Source: Nemertoderma westbladi (Eukaryota > Animalia > Xenacoelomorpha). Taken from it: a DNA stretch of 64,000 nucleotides. Positions 37,617 to 50,090 of this stretch are shown piece after piece. The DNA is taken from positions 1 through 64,000 of the forward strand of contig JAUCBJ010008209.1 in the NCBI GenBank assembly GCA_032718475.1. Direction: 5' to 3'. Positions within the stretch are counted from its first letter, which is position 1. Every line of letters begins with the position of its first letter. A program made the position numbers and the translations under genes. The notes beneath the pieces were generated by a model. The model was not told where the DNA came from. It made no database searches and worked only from the letters and a program-made list of their open reading frames with translations.

Positions 37617-38990
37617 ATGCTTAAATAAAAGACCATTTTTTATAGTTTTTAAGAATATAGGTTTACTTTTATATGAATTGGGTAAAGAGTTCCATAGTCG
37701 GGGCCCTTGGAAGGATAGAGATTGTTCTGCAACTTGTAGTCGAATATTTGGAGGGTGAAATAATTCAGATGCCGGAAAGCGAGTATTATAAGAATGGATT
37801 GAAGAAGCTCTACAAAATAGAGGAGCCAGTGGGGATGGAATGTTGTTATTTATATCAAACATTATATTGTACACCTGATATTTGTATAATTGTTCTAATG
37901 GGAGTATATTGAGTTGTTGATAAATAGGAAGAGATGAGGTCTGCCAATGGCTGAAAGTGATAACCCTAAGTACTTTGTTTACTTTGACTCTTAGAGGTTT
38001 CAGTATTGATGGAGAAGTACTACCCCAGACAATAATGGCGTACTGGATGGATGTGGATAATTAAGTGCAAAAAATAGCATTTGCAGGATGTGTGGTGGAA
38101 AAATGTGGCGAAGCCCGTAAAATATTCCTGAAGATTTAGAAATCTTTCTCAATATATAAGATATATGTTCTTTAAAATTTAATTTACTGTCAATTAAAAC
38201 TCCCAAATACTTTGTATATGATACTTTTTCTATTACATAATTTTTAATTTTTACTTTTTGCAGAGACTCCTGGGAAAGGGATGAGTTTGTGAACAATGTA
38301 TATTCAGTTTTTTTAGGTTCAGTGATAATTTATTATCTATCCAGCCATTCATTAATATCAATAATGTCATGATTTACAGAGTTAATAAGTGTTGGTAAAT
38401 TTTTTATGAACTTTAACAGACTTGTATCATCCGCGAAAAGGGTTGTCATAAAATTTGATGCGTTTGGAAGATCATTGATATATATAAGGAATAAGATCGG
38501 CCCAAGGATCGAGCCTTGGGGGACGCCACAGATAATTGGGAGGGGTGTCGAGTTGCATCTGTCTACTGTAACAAACTGGGATCGGTTGGAGAGATAATCA
38601 GAAAATAGCTGCAGGGGGGCCCCCCTTGATACCATAGCTGTTCAGTTTATTTACTAGAATACTGTGATCCAGCATAGCAAACGCTTTTTTAAGATCAATA
38701 AATATGGCACAGGATGACATTTTTTTATATAAAAATTCGCGTAATTTTTCTGCTATGTCTAAAATAGCATATGATGTAGTATATATTTTCCTAAATCCGA
38801 ATTGACAGCTATTTAATATTAAATATTTATCCAAGTAAGAGGCCAGCTGGACATATATTATGTGTTCAAACACTTTGCTCAATACCGGCAGTAAAGAGAT
38901 AGGGCAATAATTAGTCTTAAGGCATGATGGGTCACCAGATATAAAAACTGGAGTTACAATGCGTTTTACAATGTTAGCGCTGAATGGGAA
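37617..38990 (-). mobile_element. CR1/L2-like LINE, RT half
   Basis: NYCPISLLPVLSKVFE, QFGFR, IDLKKAF, GVPQGSILGPILFLIYINDL, LFADDT, KYLGV, LWNSLP. Confidence 0.9.
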
Positions 38991-39348
38991 CCGCATTAGT
39001 TGGGAATGATAGACCTTGTTCTTTTGCCCGCACACTATGGAAAATTGTTCAATTTTCAATGTAGTGCACTCATGCACTCCCATTATTGTTAAAAAACGTT
39101 CCGAATTTGAACAAACAAAAATATTAAATTAAAAGTTCATATTTTCTTACATATAATAAAATCAAACAATTCCTTCACAACATACTGAACTATTAGCTAG
39201 TGCTAGGCTATATTTCCCTATAATAATTTATAGCCTAGGCTATATTTCCCTATAATAATTTATAGGCATTAGTACAGATATTGTTACAATATTATTTAAT
39301 TTTATCACTCGTAATATCATATCATATTAATCAAAAAGATCCGTTACA

Positions 39349-40720
39349 TTAATTTTCCACATTTGACTTATTCATATGAATATGAATCGGACCATATATA
39401 AGGGTATCTTTGAAAGCTGACTGGAAAGTCTGACTAGCAGTAATAGATTTTGAGCTTTCATTCATAACCGAAGTTACAGAACTCGAAACAATGACAGGTA
39501 CTATCGGCTCCAACAACGTACATGGTTCTGATTCATCGATGAATGCTTTCTTGTGTGGAGCTTCATCGTTAGTACTACTTCCAGCAAAACACTGACTAAC
39601 AGCCTGGCTCATGCGTTGGTGATTCTGCGGCGATGGACGGAAAAAGGTAGTGGTAGTTGATAGATTTTTATGACCTAATTGCAATTGAGTCTAATTTGCA
39701 GGCGTACCCTGGTCGAGTATTGTTTGAGCTGCAGTCTTTCTGCGGCTCATGGGAGTAATTTTGCGGGCCCCATCCTCATTGATGCCAGATTTCGTAATCA
39801 TTGACTTCATAATTTTCCCAAATGAATCCCTCCCAATTGGTTGGTTACAAAACCAACTCGTTGAACAATCAGGTAGACCAGCTTTAGGACGAGCCCAGTA
39901 TGGATCGTCTGGTTTAGATGTTTGAACTAGAGGGTATCTTCTAGCCATATATGTTTCATGTAAATTTACAGGACAGGCATTAAGATGATCAGGATACGCG
40001 TAATCTCGAGGTTTAAGTTGCCGTGGGTTTGTGTTCCCTCATCTCGTTTTAGTTACCCATTCTGTCAACTCTAAAAATAACTTTTTTTTCCATGGAGCAG
40101 TATTTCTTTGGGACATCGGATACAAGCATACTTTGCATTTCGGTGCCCGGACGACATCCAAACTGGGTGGTAAGCGACAGATATAGAGTATGAAGTAACT
40201 TGGTTACTGGTAACTTGGTGTATCTGTTCCTAGCGTCCCAGAATCTTTCATACGCTTGAAATCAGTTGGATTCAATGGATCACACGCATTCACCAGGTTT
40301 CCCTTTCCTGCTGCTTTACATTGCATAATACGGCAAGTAAAAATTACTTTCGTGCGGGAAAAATATGGTGATTCCAAAACATATCCAAAACCTATATCTT
40401 TGAAATGACGAATAAGCCCATAAATGTAACTGCGAAGAGTTGTTGGCTCTAGTTTGTCTCCATTCCTTTTCTTATAGCGTTTGAGGAATGAATTAGTATT
40501 TTCAGCTAATTGACTTATGGTCATATCTGCAATAGGCGTATGAACGCCTATTACGTATTAACGCCTATTACGTATTAGAAACAAAAAGTTAGCAAAGGCT
40601 GAAATTGCATGTTTGGTCGCATCTGCGGTGTGTACATTTCTGTTTCTAAGAATGAAATCATTAAAATCAACACTTGCATCTTCCTGAGAAAGTCTTAAAT
40701 CTTCATTGGTATCCCTCGTA
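39349..40720 (-). pseudogene. Crypton (DUF3504 tyrosine recombinase) relic
   Basis: KKRNGDKLEPTTLRSY, GKGN, FGCR, WVTKTR, CPV, WFCNQPIG, ITPMSRRKT, LGHKN; stops and frameshifts. Confidence 0.85.
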
Positions 40721-40798
40721 CTACAGGTGGCACCTCCTTTATGCTGCATGGAGGTGGCAAGTTTTCTTGATCGATGACCTAGAATACCTGACCTGACC
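40721..40798. mobile_element. 78-nt insertion identical (1 mismatch) to the reverse complement of 62256-62333
   Basis: CTACA duplicated at 40721 and 40798; CACCTCC/GGAGGTG hairpin; (ACCTG)n at the right end. Confidence 0.85.
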
Positions 40799-41240
40799 TA
40801 CAAGGAAGGATGGTTATGGTATTTCTCACTGGTACTAGTTTTATTAGTAATATTATTGGGCTAAGAAACCATCACATCTTCTGCAACAAGCCCGTCCCCA
40901 CCCTTAGTAGCAGCGAAAGAATCCAATTCCTCTTCAAAATCGCTCCAAGAGACCAAATTCCCAAACCCACCAGACGAAATTTGAAGAAGCTCACGTGGAA
41001 TTTCATTTTCCAAATCCATCGTACAATACTATACTAGGCCTACAGTAGCGATAAGCAAATATTATTCTGCTAACCGCAGTTATCTTCTACAGTAGATATA
41101 CGTATCTACCGGTATCTATCGCAGCGATGTTACTCATATAGGCCTATTTTATAGTCCAACTTACAGTACCTCTCTACTACAGTAGCTGTAAGCCAAAGCA
41201 TGTTGCTGCTTCTGTATCATATTAAATATATACCTAACGT

Positions 41241-42943
41241 GGTATTAGTACGTTTGAATGACACTAGCCAAACAAGCCTAAAATAAGATAAATAATCGTT
41301 GCAATAATAATTGTGCACCACCTTGCGGATTGCATGGGTATTATTTATTAAGTTCTTTGAAGGGAATGTATTATTTTAATCTATATTACTTACTGTTACT
41401 ATTATTACTACTATTACTATTATTTACTAGCTTAATTATGTAATATTTTAGCTTAATCTATTAGTTTAATTACGATTTACTATGCGCGTACGTAATCTTA
41501 ATTACAGTCTACCGTACATACATATTTCCAATATTATAATTAATATTTACCCCGACTGAGGGTGTACTGTATCTTATTGTAAAAAAATATTACAAGCTAA
41601 TAACGCTGTTGCGATACGGTTGTTTATTTCATATGTTGGCCCTGAAAAGGGCCGTTTGGGTTGGTTAAGTCAGGTCGTACAGTAGTTGGCCCTGAAAAGG
41701 GCCGTTTGGGTTGGTTAAGGTATAAGGTACAGTATAGACATTCAGCAAGGGTAGTAATGTTTGAATAGTGCAAGGAGATTTGAGAAAGGTCGGTCGCGAT
41801 TTAAAAGTATCCACCGAAATTCTGCCAGGTGGCCAGCAATAAGTTGCAGTGTTGTGCTTTTCTTATTGCGGATGACTGACGTCTTTAAGTGGCCCCCACA
41901 TCGACTCTATACGTTGAGTGTGGGTGCCAGTCGCACTCACCCACTCTACCGAATGGTTGACGGTTTCGTGTATGTAGGTCCCTGTTCCATTGGTAGCAGA
42001 CCTCGGGTTTGTGGAGTTTGCTATGCCAACATTCACACCGCAATACGCAGACCATTCGTCGGACTGTATCTTGGTTCCACCGCGACATGTTTCTCCAAAA
42101 TAGGATGGAAGGTGTCTGCATCACGATGCAAAACGTGGTAGGCCTAGAGGCGGATGTCGACTATATTATCTGGACGTTTCCATACCAGTCCAAACACCCA
42201 CAGCCCATCCACTGTCGTCCCATAATTAGATCTGGTTGACGGAAAGTGGTCCCCACCAAGCAAGCGACCTCGGTTGTTGGTGCTCCTCTTGCGTTTTCCC
42301 CGTAATAGCGTCTCGTCGATTTGGACAATATGTCCTGGTCCACCCATTGGCTCTAACTCCTCTTGATCGCGGTACATTAATTCCCTAATAAAATTGTACC
42401 AGTCGACAAGGGATCCATTGCCTTGCACCCCAACAATGTCGCCTAGCAACAGATGTGCAGTACGCATTCGAACTTCGAGAGCAAACGAATACGAGATGGC
42501 CAGAATCTGCCGAACCTCGAATCGACTCTTCTCAAACCACGTTCCAGAACGTGCAGTTCGCTTGTGCTTATAGCACCGGAGCAACGCCAAACAAGCCGCA
42601 TGAATCCCCTGTCCTTCACCAGCGTAATTTTAGCTTGCGCAGTACAACCCGGAAAAGGACAAAGACGTAGGGTTGGTTGCCCATTTGGTTGTAGAGTTCG
42701 GGGGAGAAGCTCCACGCTTTGAGCAAACTCAATAGCGCGCTCCTCAGTCTCGATAAGTTTCCCAATCTCAATGAAATTTAATTCAGCCATAGTCATGAGT
42801 ACAGTATACTAACAGTAGGCCAGTAAGTAACAGTAAAGCAGTAGGCCTAACAATACTGCTATACCGGTACCGGTAACAATTTTTATCAGTTTCTATCTGA
42901 TTTCATGATTGTTTGGCTAGTGTCGTTCAAACGTACTAATACC
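41241..42943 (-). mobile_element. Merlin (IS1595/ISXO2-like) DNA transposon, full length, frameshifted
   Basis: 35-bp TIRs GGTATTAGTACGTTTGAA(T/C)GACACTAGCCAAACAA; 9-bp TSD ACCTAACGT; transposase GGPGHIVQIDETLL, WVFGLV, TVNHS, HTQRIESMW. Confidence 0.95.
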
Positions 42944-43329
42944 ACCTAACGTATCGTATCAGTATTCAGTACCCGTACGTACCCATACCGTCAGACCTTT
43001 CCGCGACCAGTAGTCATATAGGCCTATTATATAACAACTGTTGTCATATATAGTAGGTAGGGCGTAGGCTTACCGGTACTGAATATGGAATGGCCGAACT
43101 GAAACTATATGAATATGCATACCGGTACACTACAGTGTAGGCTACCTACCAATGTAATAATACTGTATTGCTATCAACTGTATACTTTATTGCTGTCAGT
43201 ACCAGTACAAGAACACTCCCCAGTAAAACAACTCTGTTGTTTTACTGCCAGTAAAACAAATCCTGGTGTTTCTGATATTTTCCATTGAAATACATTATGG
43301 GCCAGTAAATAAAAGCGGTGTGATTGGGT

Positions 43330-44789
43330 AACAACATTTATTGTACGCCAAGTTTTCCGAATGTTTGATTTATTATTATAAAATTGGGATGTGTAATACT
43401 CCTGTTCGGCGGACCGCAGGGTAGTAGTGGTCATTCGATTTTTATAGGCCTTGTACTTACAAACTATGGTTGATTAAGGTTGGGTGGTTGACATATTTTG
43501 CATATAGTTTATTTTTTTATTAATGGATTTGAGCAGCGCAGCCGATAGCCATGGTTCACTTAGGTCAGAATAGAAAATATCAAAGCGATCAATCAGGTGA
43601 TTATTCGAATTGTCATAGGACCATGTGTTCACGTTTAAAAGATCAGCCAAAAATGTTGATCGATTAAAATTTTGTATAGTCATGAATATATTTAGCAGTA
43701 TCAGGCCTAAAATAATTCGTATAATCGGTTAAAATTAAAAATGTAGGTAAGTGATCGGCAATTTCTGTTAAAAAAACACTCTCATTGCATATAGAAGTGT
43801 TGATATTGGTTATGATGTGATCCAACAGGGACGGGTTTTTACTTTTAATACGCGTTGGCTTAGTTATTACTTGTTTAAAACCGTTGGAAATTATAGTTTG
43901 AAGGTAATTGTGGGTTAATTTACACGTTGCAATTAGGTTGATATTCATATCACCTGTTATGATCACATCATAACCACCATCAGCCAGCGTTGATAATAAA
44001 GTGTTCAAGATTATCCATAAAATAATGGCGATCGATTGACTGAGAAACATACAGACAACCAATTATTAGCTGCTTATTAGAGTGAGGCCGTTTAACTTCA
44101 ACCCAGCAATTTTCTGGCCCGGGTATTTTTAAGTCATTGCGCCCAGTACATTCAAATTCATTTCTAATAAAAATTGCACAACCTCCTCGTTTAGTTTCCC
44201 GAGTGTCTTTTGATACCAGCTCATACATAACCGGGAAATTGAGTTTCTGAAAGATTTAAATTATTACACAAAAAGGTCTCTGAAAATGTAAACACATCAA
44301 ATTTCGTTTTCATAGTTTCAAAAAAATCAGATATTTCGTGCTTACAGTATGAGCCGGTAGACTTTGGGTATTAACATGAAAAACTGAGAGAGTTTTGGAA
44401 TTATCTAAGTTGCTGAATTTTTTATCACATATTTCAGCTGTGAAATAATCTTGGGAAATTATGTTATTAATTAAATGAATGTCTGGATCGATATCATTAA
44501 ATGCGGGATTAGTTAAGTCATTATCAAAGTTAATATTAAGATTTGCAGACTCACAGTAAAAGATATCATCATCGTCATCACTGACGCTTGCAAATGTAAA
44601 TAATTTTATGTAGCAATATATGCACAAAAGATTATTGGGGTGGGATGTATTTATGAATTGATTTGCCTCCTGCTGAGTAAGACAGGATCCACACTGAAAG
44701 TGGTAAATTAAATCACAAAGGTCGCATTTTAGTTTTAGGTCAGATATTGTGAATTTCGAGAAGCAAAAATCGCAGTTATTGTCATTCAT
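43330..44789 (-). mobile_element. CR1/L2-like LINE, PHD + APE endonuclease half
   Basis: CDFC...CDLCDLIYHFQC...CIYC; DIDPD; HVNTQSL; GGCAIFI; TGDMNIN; PTR...LLDHI; ADHLPTF; KTWRTIN. Confidence 0.85.
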
Positions 44790-45338
44790 AGTGTTAGAAG
44801 GGTTAGTATAGGGAGAGTGCTAGAGAATAAGTATAGAATATTAGGAGGGTAGGTTAAAAAAGGGGGTGGGGGGGGGGGGGGGGGTGGGGTTGAGGTTGAG
44901 GTTGTGTTCTTACCTTACTTCTTATTGGTATTGCCCAAAAACGAGCGGCATATACCAAAAAAACCCCGTAAGATTAAAAGTAATTATATATACGATATTA
45001 TACACTAACTTATTGCTTTACTTCTTATTGGTAGCTTCTTACTGATAGCCAAGATAACAGCAGTAGAGATACCGGTAGCATAGAAACTAAAATGTACATA
45101 AAAAGTCAAAACAAACGGACATAATGAGTGATTTAAACGGACAACAATAGTTATTCTCTTTTAAAATCGACTGTACTGTACTGCTATAGGTTCATTGTAT
45201 AGTACAGTAGTAGGCCTACAGTAGTACATTGTAGTACCGTCACAGACGCCACAGACGGTATCGGTACCTATGTACCTCTGTACCTGCTGCAGTGCTGATC
45301 TGTGGTTGTGATAAAATTGTACAAAGTGCAAAGTTAAC

Positions 45339-47072
45339 ATGTCCTTTACTAAACTCGACTCAAAAGATCTTAAAAAAGGGCGCGAGGAGCCCAAGAAACA
45401 ATCTCGTTTGGAATGGAAACAGCAGAAAGAGTTGGAAGAGGCTCGGAAAGCGGGTACCGCGCCTGCAGAAGTGGACGAATTCGGCCACGACATCAACCCA
45501 CACATCCCCCATTACATAGTCAGCTCGCCGTGGTACCTCCAAGCAAATGGGCCCACATTAGAGCACCAACGTGCTTTCAAAACCGCACAACGACAGCGAC
45601 CCACCGCAGTCTCAGAAGAGATAGTAAAAACTGGCTACCTTCCCGGAGGGAGCGCTACTAAATACCGCAAGGGGGCGTGCGATAACTGCGGCGCGATGAC
45701 TCACAAAAAGAAAGATTGTCTGGAGCGTCCGAGGAAGGTTGGGGCGCGGTACACCGGTTCGTTTATAATGCCGGACGAGCGAGTACTTCCGTCGCAATCG
45801 TTTACGTTCGATGGGAAACGCGACAGGTGGTGCGGCTACAACGCAGCCGATTACAAGGCCGTCATAGAGGAACACGAGAAGGTCGAACTCGCTAAGAAAC
45901 AGCTGAAATCGAAGCAACTCGAGGAAGAGTTGGTGCGAAGTGACGTCACAGTTAGTGATGACGTCGACGACGACAAGTACGCCGACCACGCCGATATGCC
46001 AGGGCAGAAATTCGACTCGAAGATTCGGATCACCGTTCGGAACCTGCGGATACGGGAGGACACCGCCAAGTACCTGAGGAATCTCGGGGATGGTTCGGCG
46101 CATTACGACCCCAAGACGCGCGCGATGCGAGAGAACCCGTACGAGGAGAGCGGTAGGGAGAAGGGCGACTTGGATTACGCGGGTGATAACTTCGTGCGGT
46201 ACTCCGGTACTACTCGGCAGATGGGGCGCGCGCAGTTATTCGCGTGGGAGGCGGCCGAGCGGGGCGTCGACGTTCACATGGAGGGGGAGCCGACCCGAAC
46301 CGCAATGGCCTTGCGGGAGTTCGAGGGGAGAGCCGGCCGCGCGGAAGAGGAGCGTAGAGAGCGAATCGTGGGGAAGTACGGGGAATTAGGGGTGGAAGGG
46401 GAGCGCGGGTTGCTGTTGGGACAGACGGAAGAGTACAGGGAGTACAGTAGGAGCGGGGCCGTGATAAAGGGAAGGGACGTTGTTAAAGCGAAGTCGCGTT
46501 ACGAGGAGGACGTTTACGTGAACAATCACAGTTCGGTTTGGGGTTCCTACTGGACAGGGTGTCTGTGGGGCTACCGGTGTTGCAGGTCGACCGTGAGGAA
46601 CTCTTACTGCGTGGGGGGCAGTGCTATGGAGCCGGAACTGCCCCCTGGGGGGTTGGGGGAAGGAGGGGGGGTGACTGAGGAGGGGGGGTCCCAGGGGATA
46701 GTAGTCGGGGAGAACGATCCAGGAGGGGACAACACCGAGGATAAACCAAAGTCATTATTGGAACTTCATAAGCAGAAGTTATTAAACTTAAAAAAACAGA
46801 GTAAAAAAAGGAAAGTTAGTGGATCGTCGTCTAGTGATTCAGATTCGCCAAGTCGCAATAAGAAACTCCACAAGGGAGACATTGAATCGGCGTTGCTACG
46901 ACACGACATGGAGACCCGCAGAACGGAGGAGATAATCTCGATGGACGAGAGACAACGTCCATATAACTCTATGTACGAAACCCACCAACCCACACAGGCA
47001 GAACTCGAAGTGTTTCGGTTGAAGAGACACCAAAAGGAGGATCCTATGTTTAAATTATTAGATAATAAATAA
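45339..47072 (+). CDS. SLU7: Pre-mRNA-splicing factor SLU7, single exon, 577 aa
   Basis: LEEARKAGTAPAEVDE.G.DINPHIP.YI...PWY; zinc knuckle CDNCGAMTHKKKDC; DGKRDRW; TVRNLRIREDTAKYLRNL; YDPKTR.MRENP; SRYEEDV..NNH.SVWGSYW; RPYNS. Confidence 0.97.
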   Translation: MSFTKLDSKDLKKGREEPKKQSRLEWKQQKELEEARKAGTAPAEVDEFGHDINPHIPHYIVSSPWYLQANGPTLEHQRAFKTAQRQRPTAVSEEIVKTGYLPGGSATKYRKGACDNCGAMTHKKKDCLERPRKVGARYTGSFIMPDERVLPSQSFTFDGKRDRWCGYNAADYKAVIEEHEKVELAKKQLKSKQLEEELVRSDVTVSDDVDDDKYADHADMPGQKFDSKIRITVRNLRIREDTAKYLRNLGDGSAHYDPKTRAMRENPYEESGREKGDLDYAGDNFVRYSGTTRQMGRAQLFAWEAAERGVDVHMEGEPTRTAMALREFEGRAGRAEEERRERIVGKYGELGVEGERGLLLGQTEEYREYSRSGAVIKGRDVVKAKSRYEEDVYVNNHSSVWGSYWTGCLWGYRCCRSTVRNSYCVGGSAMEPELPPGGLGEGGGVTEEGGSQGIVVGENDPGGDNTEDKPKSLLELHKQKLLNLKKQSKKRKVSGSSSSDSDSPSRNKKLHKGDIESALLRHDMETRRTEEIISMDERQRPYNSMYETHQPTQAELEVFRLKRHQKEDPMFKLLDNK

Positions 47073-47430
47073 AATCATTGTTTAATTGTTTATATGTTTT
47101 AACAACCATGAGATTGCATAAATTATTAAATAATTCAAACAGGACTTAGGATTCTATCCCCGTTGCTGGTGGCGAATTCATTTTTTCCGCTCCATTTGCT
47201 ATAGAGTTGGATCATCATTGTTTAATGTTTGTTTATATAACTTTGGGGGGAATATAATAATTATTAGATATCCAACAGTAAAGTTTACAAATTCTATACT
47301 ATTAATTATAAATTTTATTCTATAATTTTAATTCTTAATTTGAAATTCTACAATCGAGGTTTTCAAATGAAACATATGTCATATTTGCACTTCATTGTTC
47401 ACTTTTATTTCTATTCCAACTACGCTTTAA

Positions 47431-48151
47431 GGGGGGGGGGGGGGGGGGGTACACCATTTTCGGACAACTCTTTGATTTATCACTCTCAGCGTTTCAAAAT
47501 TGTTTGATTTTGGCTACAATTTGGCATATAGGTGCCTAAGATGCGATTCTACATGACAGGTCAGAAAAGTTTTTTTTTCGCTATTTAATATTAGTTAATA
47601 CTAGTTAACAACAAAAAAAACTTGGTTGCGCTTAAAACCCTAAGGCTTTTACAGTTTTGAATCTAATCACATGAAAGTTTTTTATATGATAGAGCAAAGA
47701 TGGGGCAACATAACTATCAGGCGAAATTTTGTTAAAATAATTCTGCACCGCTAGGTGGCGCTGCAAATTTATGCAAATTTTTAGGTTTTTTATAAATAGT
47801 ATTAAATTTTATTAACAAAAAATTTCCAAAAGTTGTCTGATACTTTTATGCAGGGTGGCTATGTAGACACCCACAGGAAGTTTCAGACTAATTACTCAAA
47901 AATTGTAGAAGTAGTAGGGTTTTGAAGTTGACAATTTCATAAAAAAAATATTTGGAGATAATCGACCTTTCATTATACATAGTAATAGTAATTTCAATAG
48001 GAATCCGTAAATGGAAATTGTTATAACTTGAAAACTAATAAGAGCTATTAAATAGCGGTTTTCAGATTTGGAAACACCATTCAATGGTGCATTATAATAG
48101 ACCATAAAAAAAATTTCGACATATTTTGGACCAAAATGGTGTACCCCCCCC
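47431..48151. mobile_element. Kolobok-like MITE
   Basis: TTAA on both sides (47427, 48152); TIR GnTACACCATTTT / AAAATGGTGTACn. Confidence 0.85.
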
Positions 48152-48959
48152 TTAAGGGTATTCTTAATTCCAAAACTCGTGATATTGAGTATTATATTTA
48201 TTTCTAATAGGATTAAAATTATTTAAAATACACTATACGTCATAGGCCTACTCAACTAAATAAATATGCAGTAGTTTTAATTTAATGACAGTTTCGTTTC
48301 GAAGTTTTTAAATTTCGTATTCTTCATCACTGAGAAGTCACGTCATTACAATTAATCAATGCAGACAAATCATACAATTATTATATCAAATTTTACTATT
48401 AAAAGTGGTAAAATTAATTTACTATGCAGTGACATAGTTGAGAGTGCAAACAACATCATCACTGTCATTGTCTACAAGATATATTAATTTATCATCTTCA
48501 CAATTACCCATTTCTCTTAAATAATTCCAATGTTTAGTGGTCTTTTTCACTAAATTCGTTTTCTTTTTTTTCTATTTTTTATGTCTTGATGGTTGCTATG
48601 CATTGATTCACTTAGCATTAAACGCGTAATCTAATAATATCCTCAATTTTTTAACATAAGTAAATCTGAGCATACCTAACCTAACCGTAATCCTAAATAG
48701 ACCTGAGCTAATTACGACAGAAACATCGCATAGAAGTAATTAAACTGTCTCTAGTTTGCTTGCAGGTTTTATCAAAACTAAAAGAGCCAATATGAGTAAC
48801 TCAGTACTTTACTACGATTATTTTTACTAGAGCCCCTTGGAGCTGAACCTAAAATTGGTTAATATCTATTTATTAAATGGGAAACAATATAGATCGCGAA
48901 ATTAGAGAAATAAGCTATTCATTTTTCAAATAATGGGCCTACCTAATTTTATTTCAGAA

Positions 48960-50090
48960 GATTGCCTTTTCCACCTCCCCCGATTTCTTTCCCCACCTCC
49001 CCCCTATTGCCTTTTCCACCCCCCCCCCCCCCCCCCATTGCCTTTTCCACCTCCCCTATTGCATTTTCCACCCCCCCCCCCCCCCCTCCCCTATTGTAGG
49101 GATACCAAGAACTCGCCCCACTATGTGGCTCGCCCCAGCAGTGTAGTCATACCATGGATTCGCCTTACTACGTGGCTCGCCCCAGAACACAGACATTACT
49201 TTCAGACATTAATCCGTGCAGTACTGTAGCACGTAGCCTACTTATGCACCTTGTCTGCATGATACCAGTACAGCACTGCAGTCTCTTGGTATTATATGTA
49301 GCACTGGTCGGTCAGATCTATTTCGGCATTTCCGCTCATCCCGCCCGGTCCCCTCATATCGCATATCCTTACACCTATTGCCTTTTCCACCTCCCCCCTA
49401 TTGCCTTTTCCACCTCCCCTATTGCCTTTTCCACCTCCCCCTATTGCCTTTTCCACCTCCCCCTTTTGCCTTTTCCACCTCCCCCCCTATTGCCTTTCCA
49501 CCTCCCCCTATTGCCTTTTCCACCTCCCCCTATTGCATTTTCCCCCTCCCCCTATTGCCTTTTCCCCCTCCCCCTATTGCCTTTTCCACCTCCCCTATTG
49601 CCTTTTCCACCTCCCCCTATTGCCTTTTCCACCTCCCCCTATTGCCTTTTCCACCTCCCCCTATTGCCTTTTCCACCTCCCCCTTTTGCCTTTTCCACCT
49701 CCCCCTATTGCCTTTCCACCTCCCCCTATTGCCTTTTCCACCTCCGCCTATTGCCTTTTCCACCTCCCCTATTGCCTTTCCCACCTCCCCCATTGCCTTT
49801 TCCACCTCCCCTATTGCCTTTTCCACCTACCCTATTGCCTTTTCCACCTCCCCCTATTGCCTTTTCCACCTCCCCCTATTGCCTTTTCCACCTCCCCCCT
49901 ATTGCCTTTCCACCTCCCCGTATTGCCTTTTCCACCTCCCCGCATTGCCTTTTCCACCTCCCCCTATTGCCTTTTCCACCTCCCCCTATTGCCCTTTCCA
50001 CCTCCCCCTATTGCCTTTTCCACCTCCCCCTATTGCCTTTTCCACCTCCCCCCTATTGCCTTTCCACCTCCCCGTATTGCCTTTTCCACC
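48960..50090. repeat. 22-24-bp pyrimidine-rich minisatellite CCTATTGCCTTTTCCACCTCCC(C)
   Basis: About 30 units at 49374-50090 plus a few degenerate units at 48960-49094. Confidence 0.95.
49095..49373. mobile_element. Probable solo LTR (279 bp)
   Basis: Ends TGTAGGGATA...TATCCTTACA; 5-bp TSD CCTAT at 49090-49094 and 49374-49378. Confidence 0.8.

Noticed and set aside
45161-46993. Overlapping and antisense ORFs within SLU7
   Set aside because: Shadow ORFs of GC-rich coding DNA.
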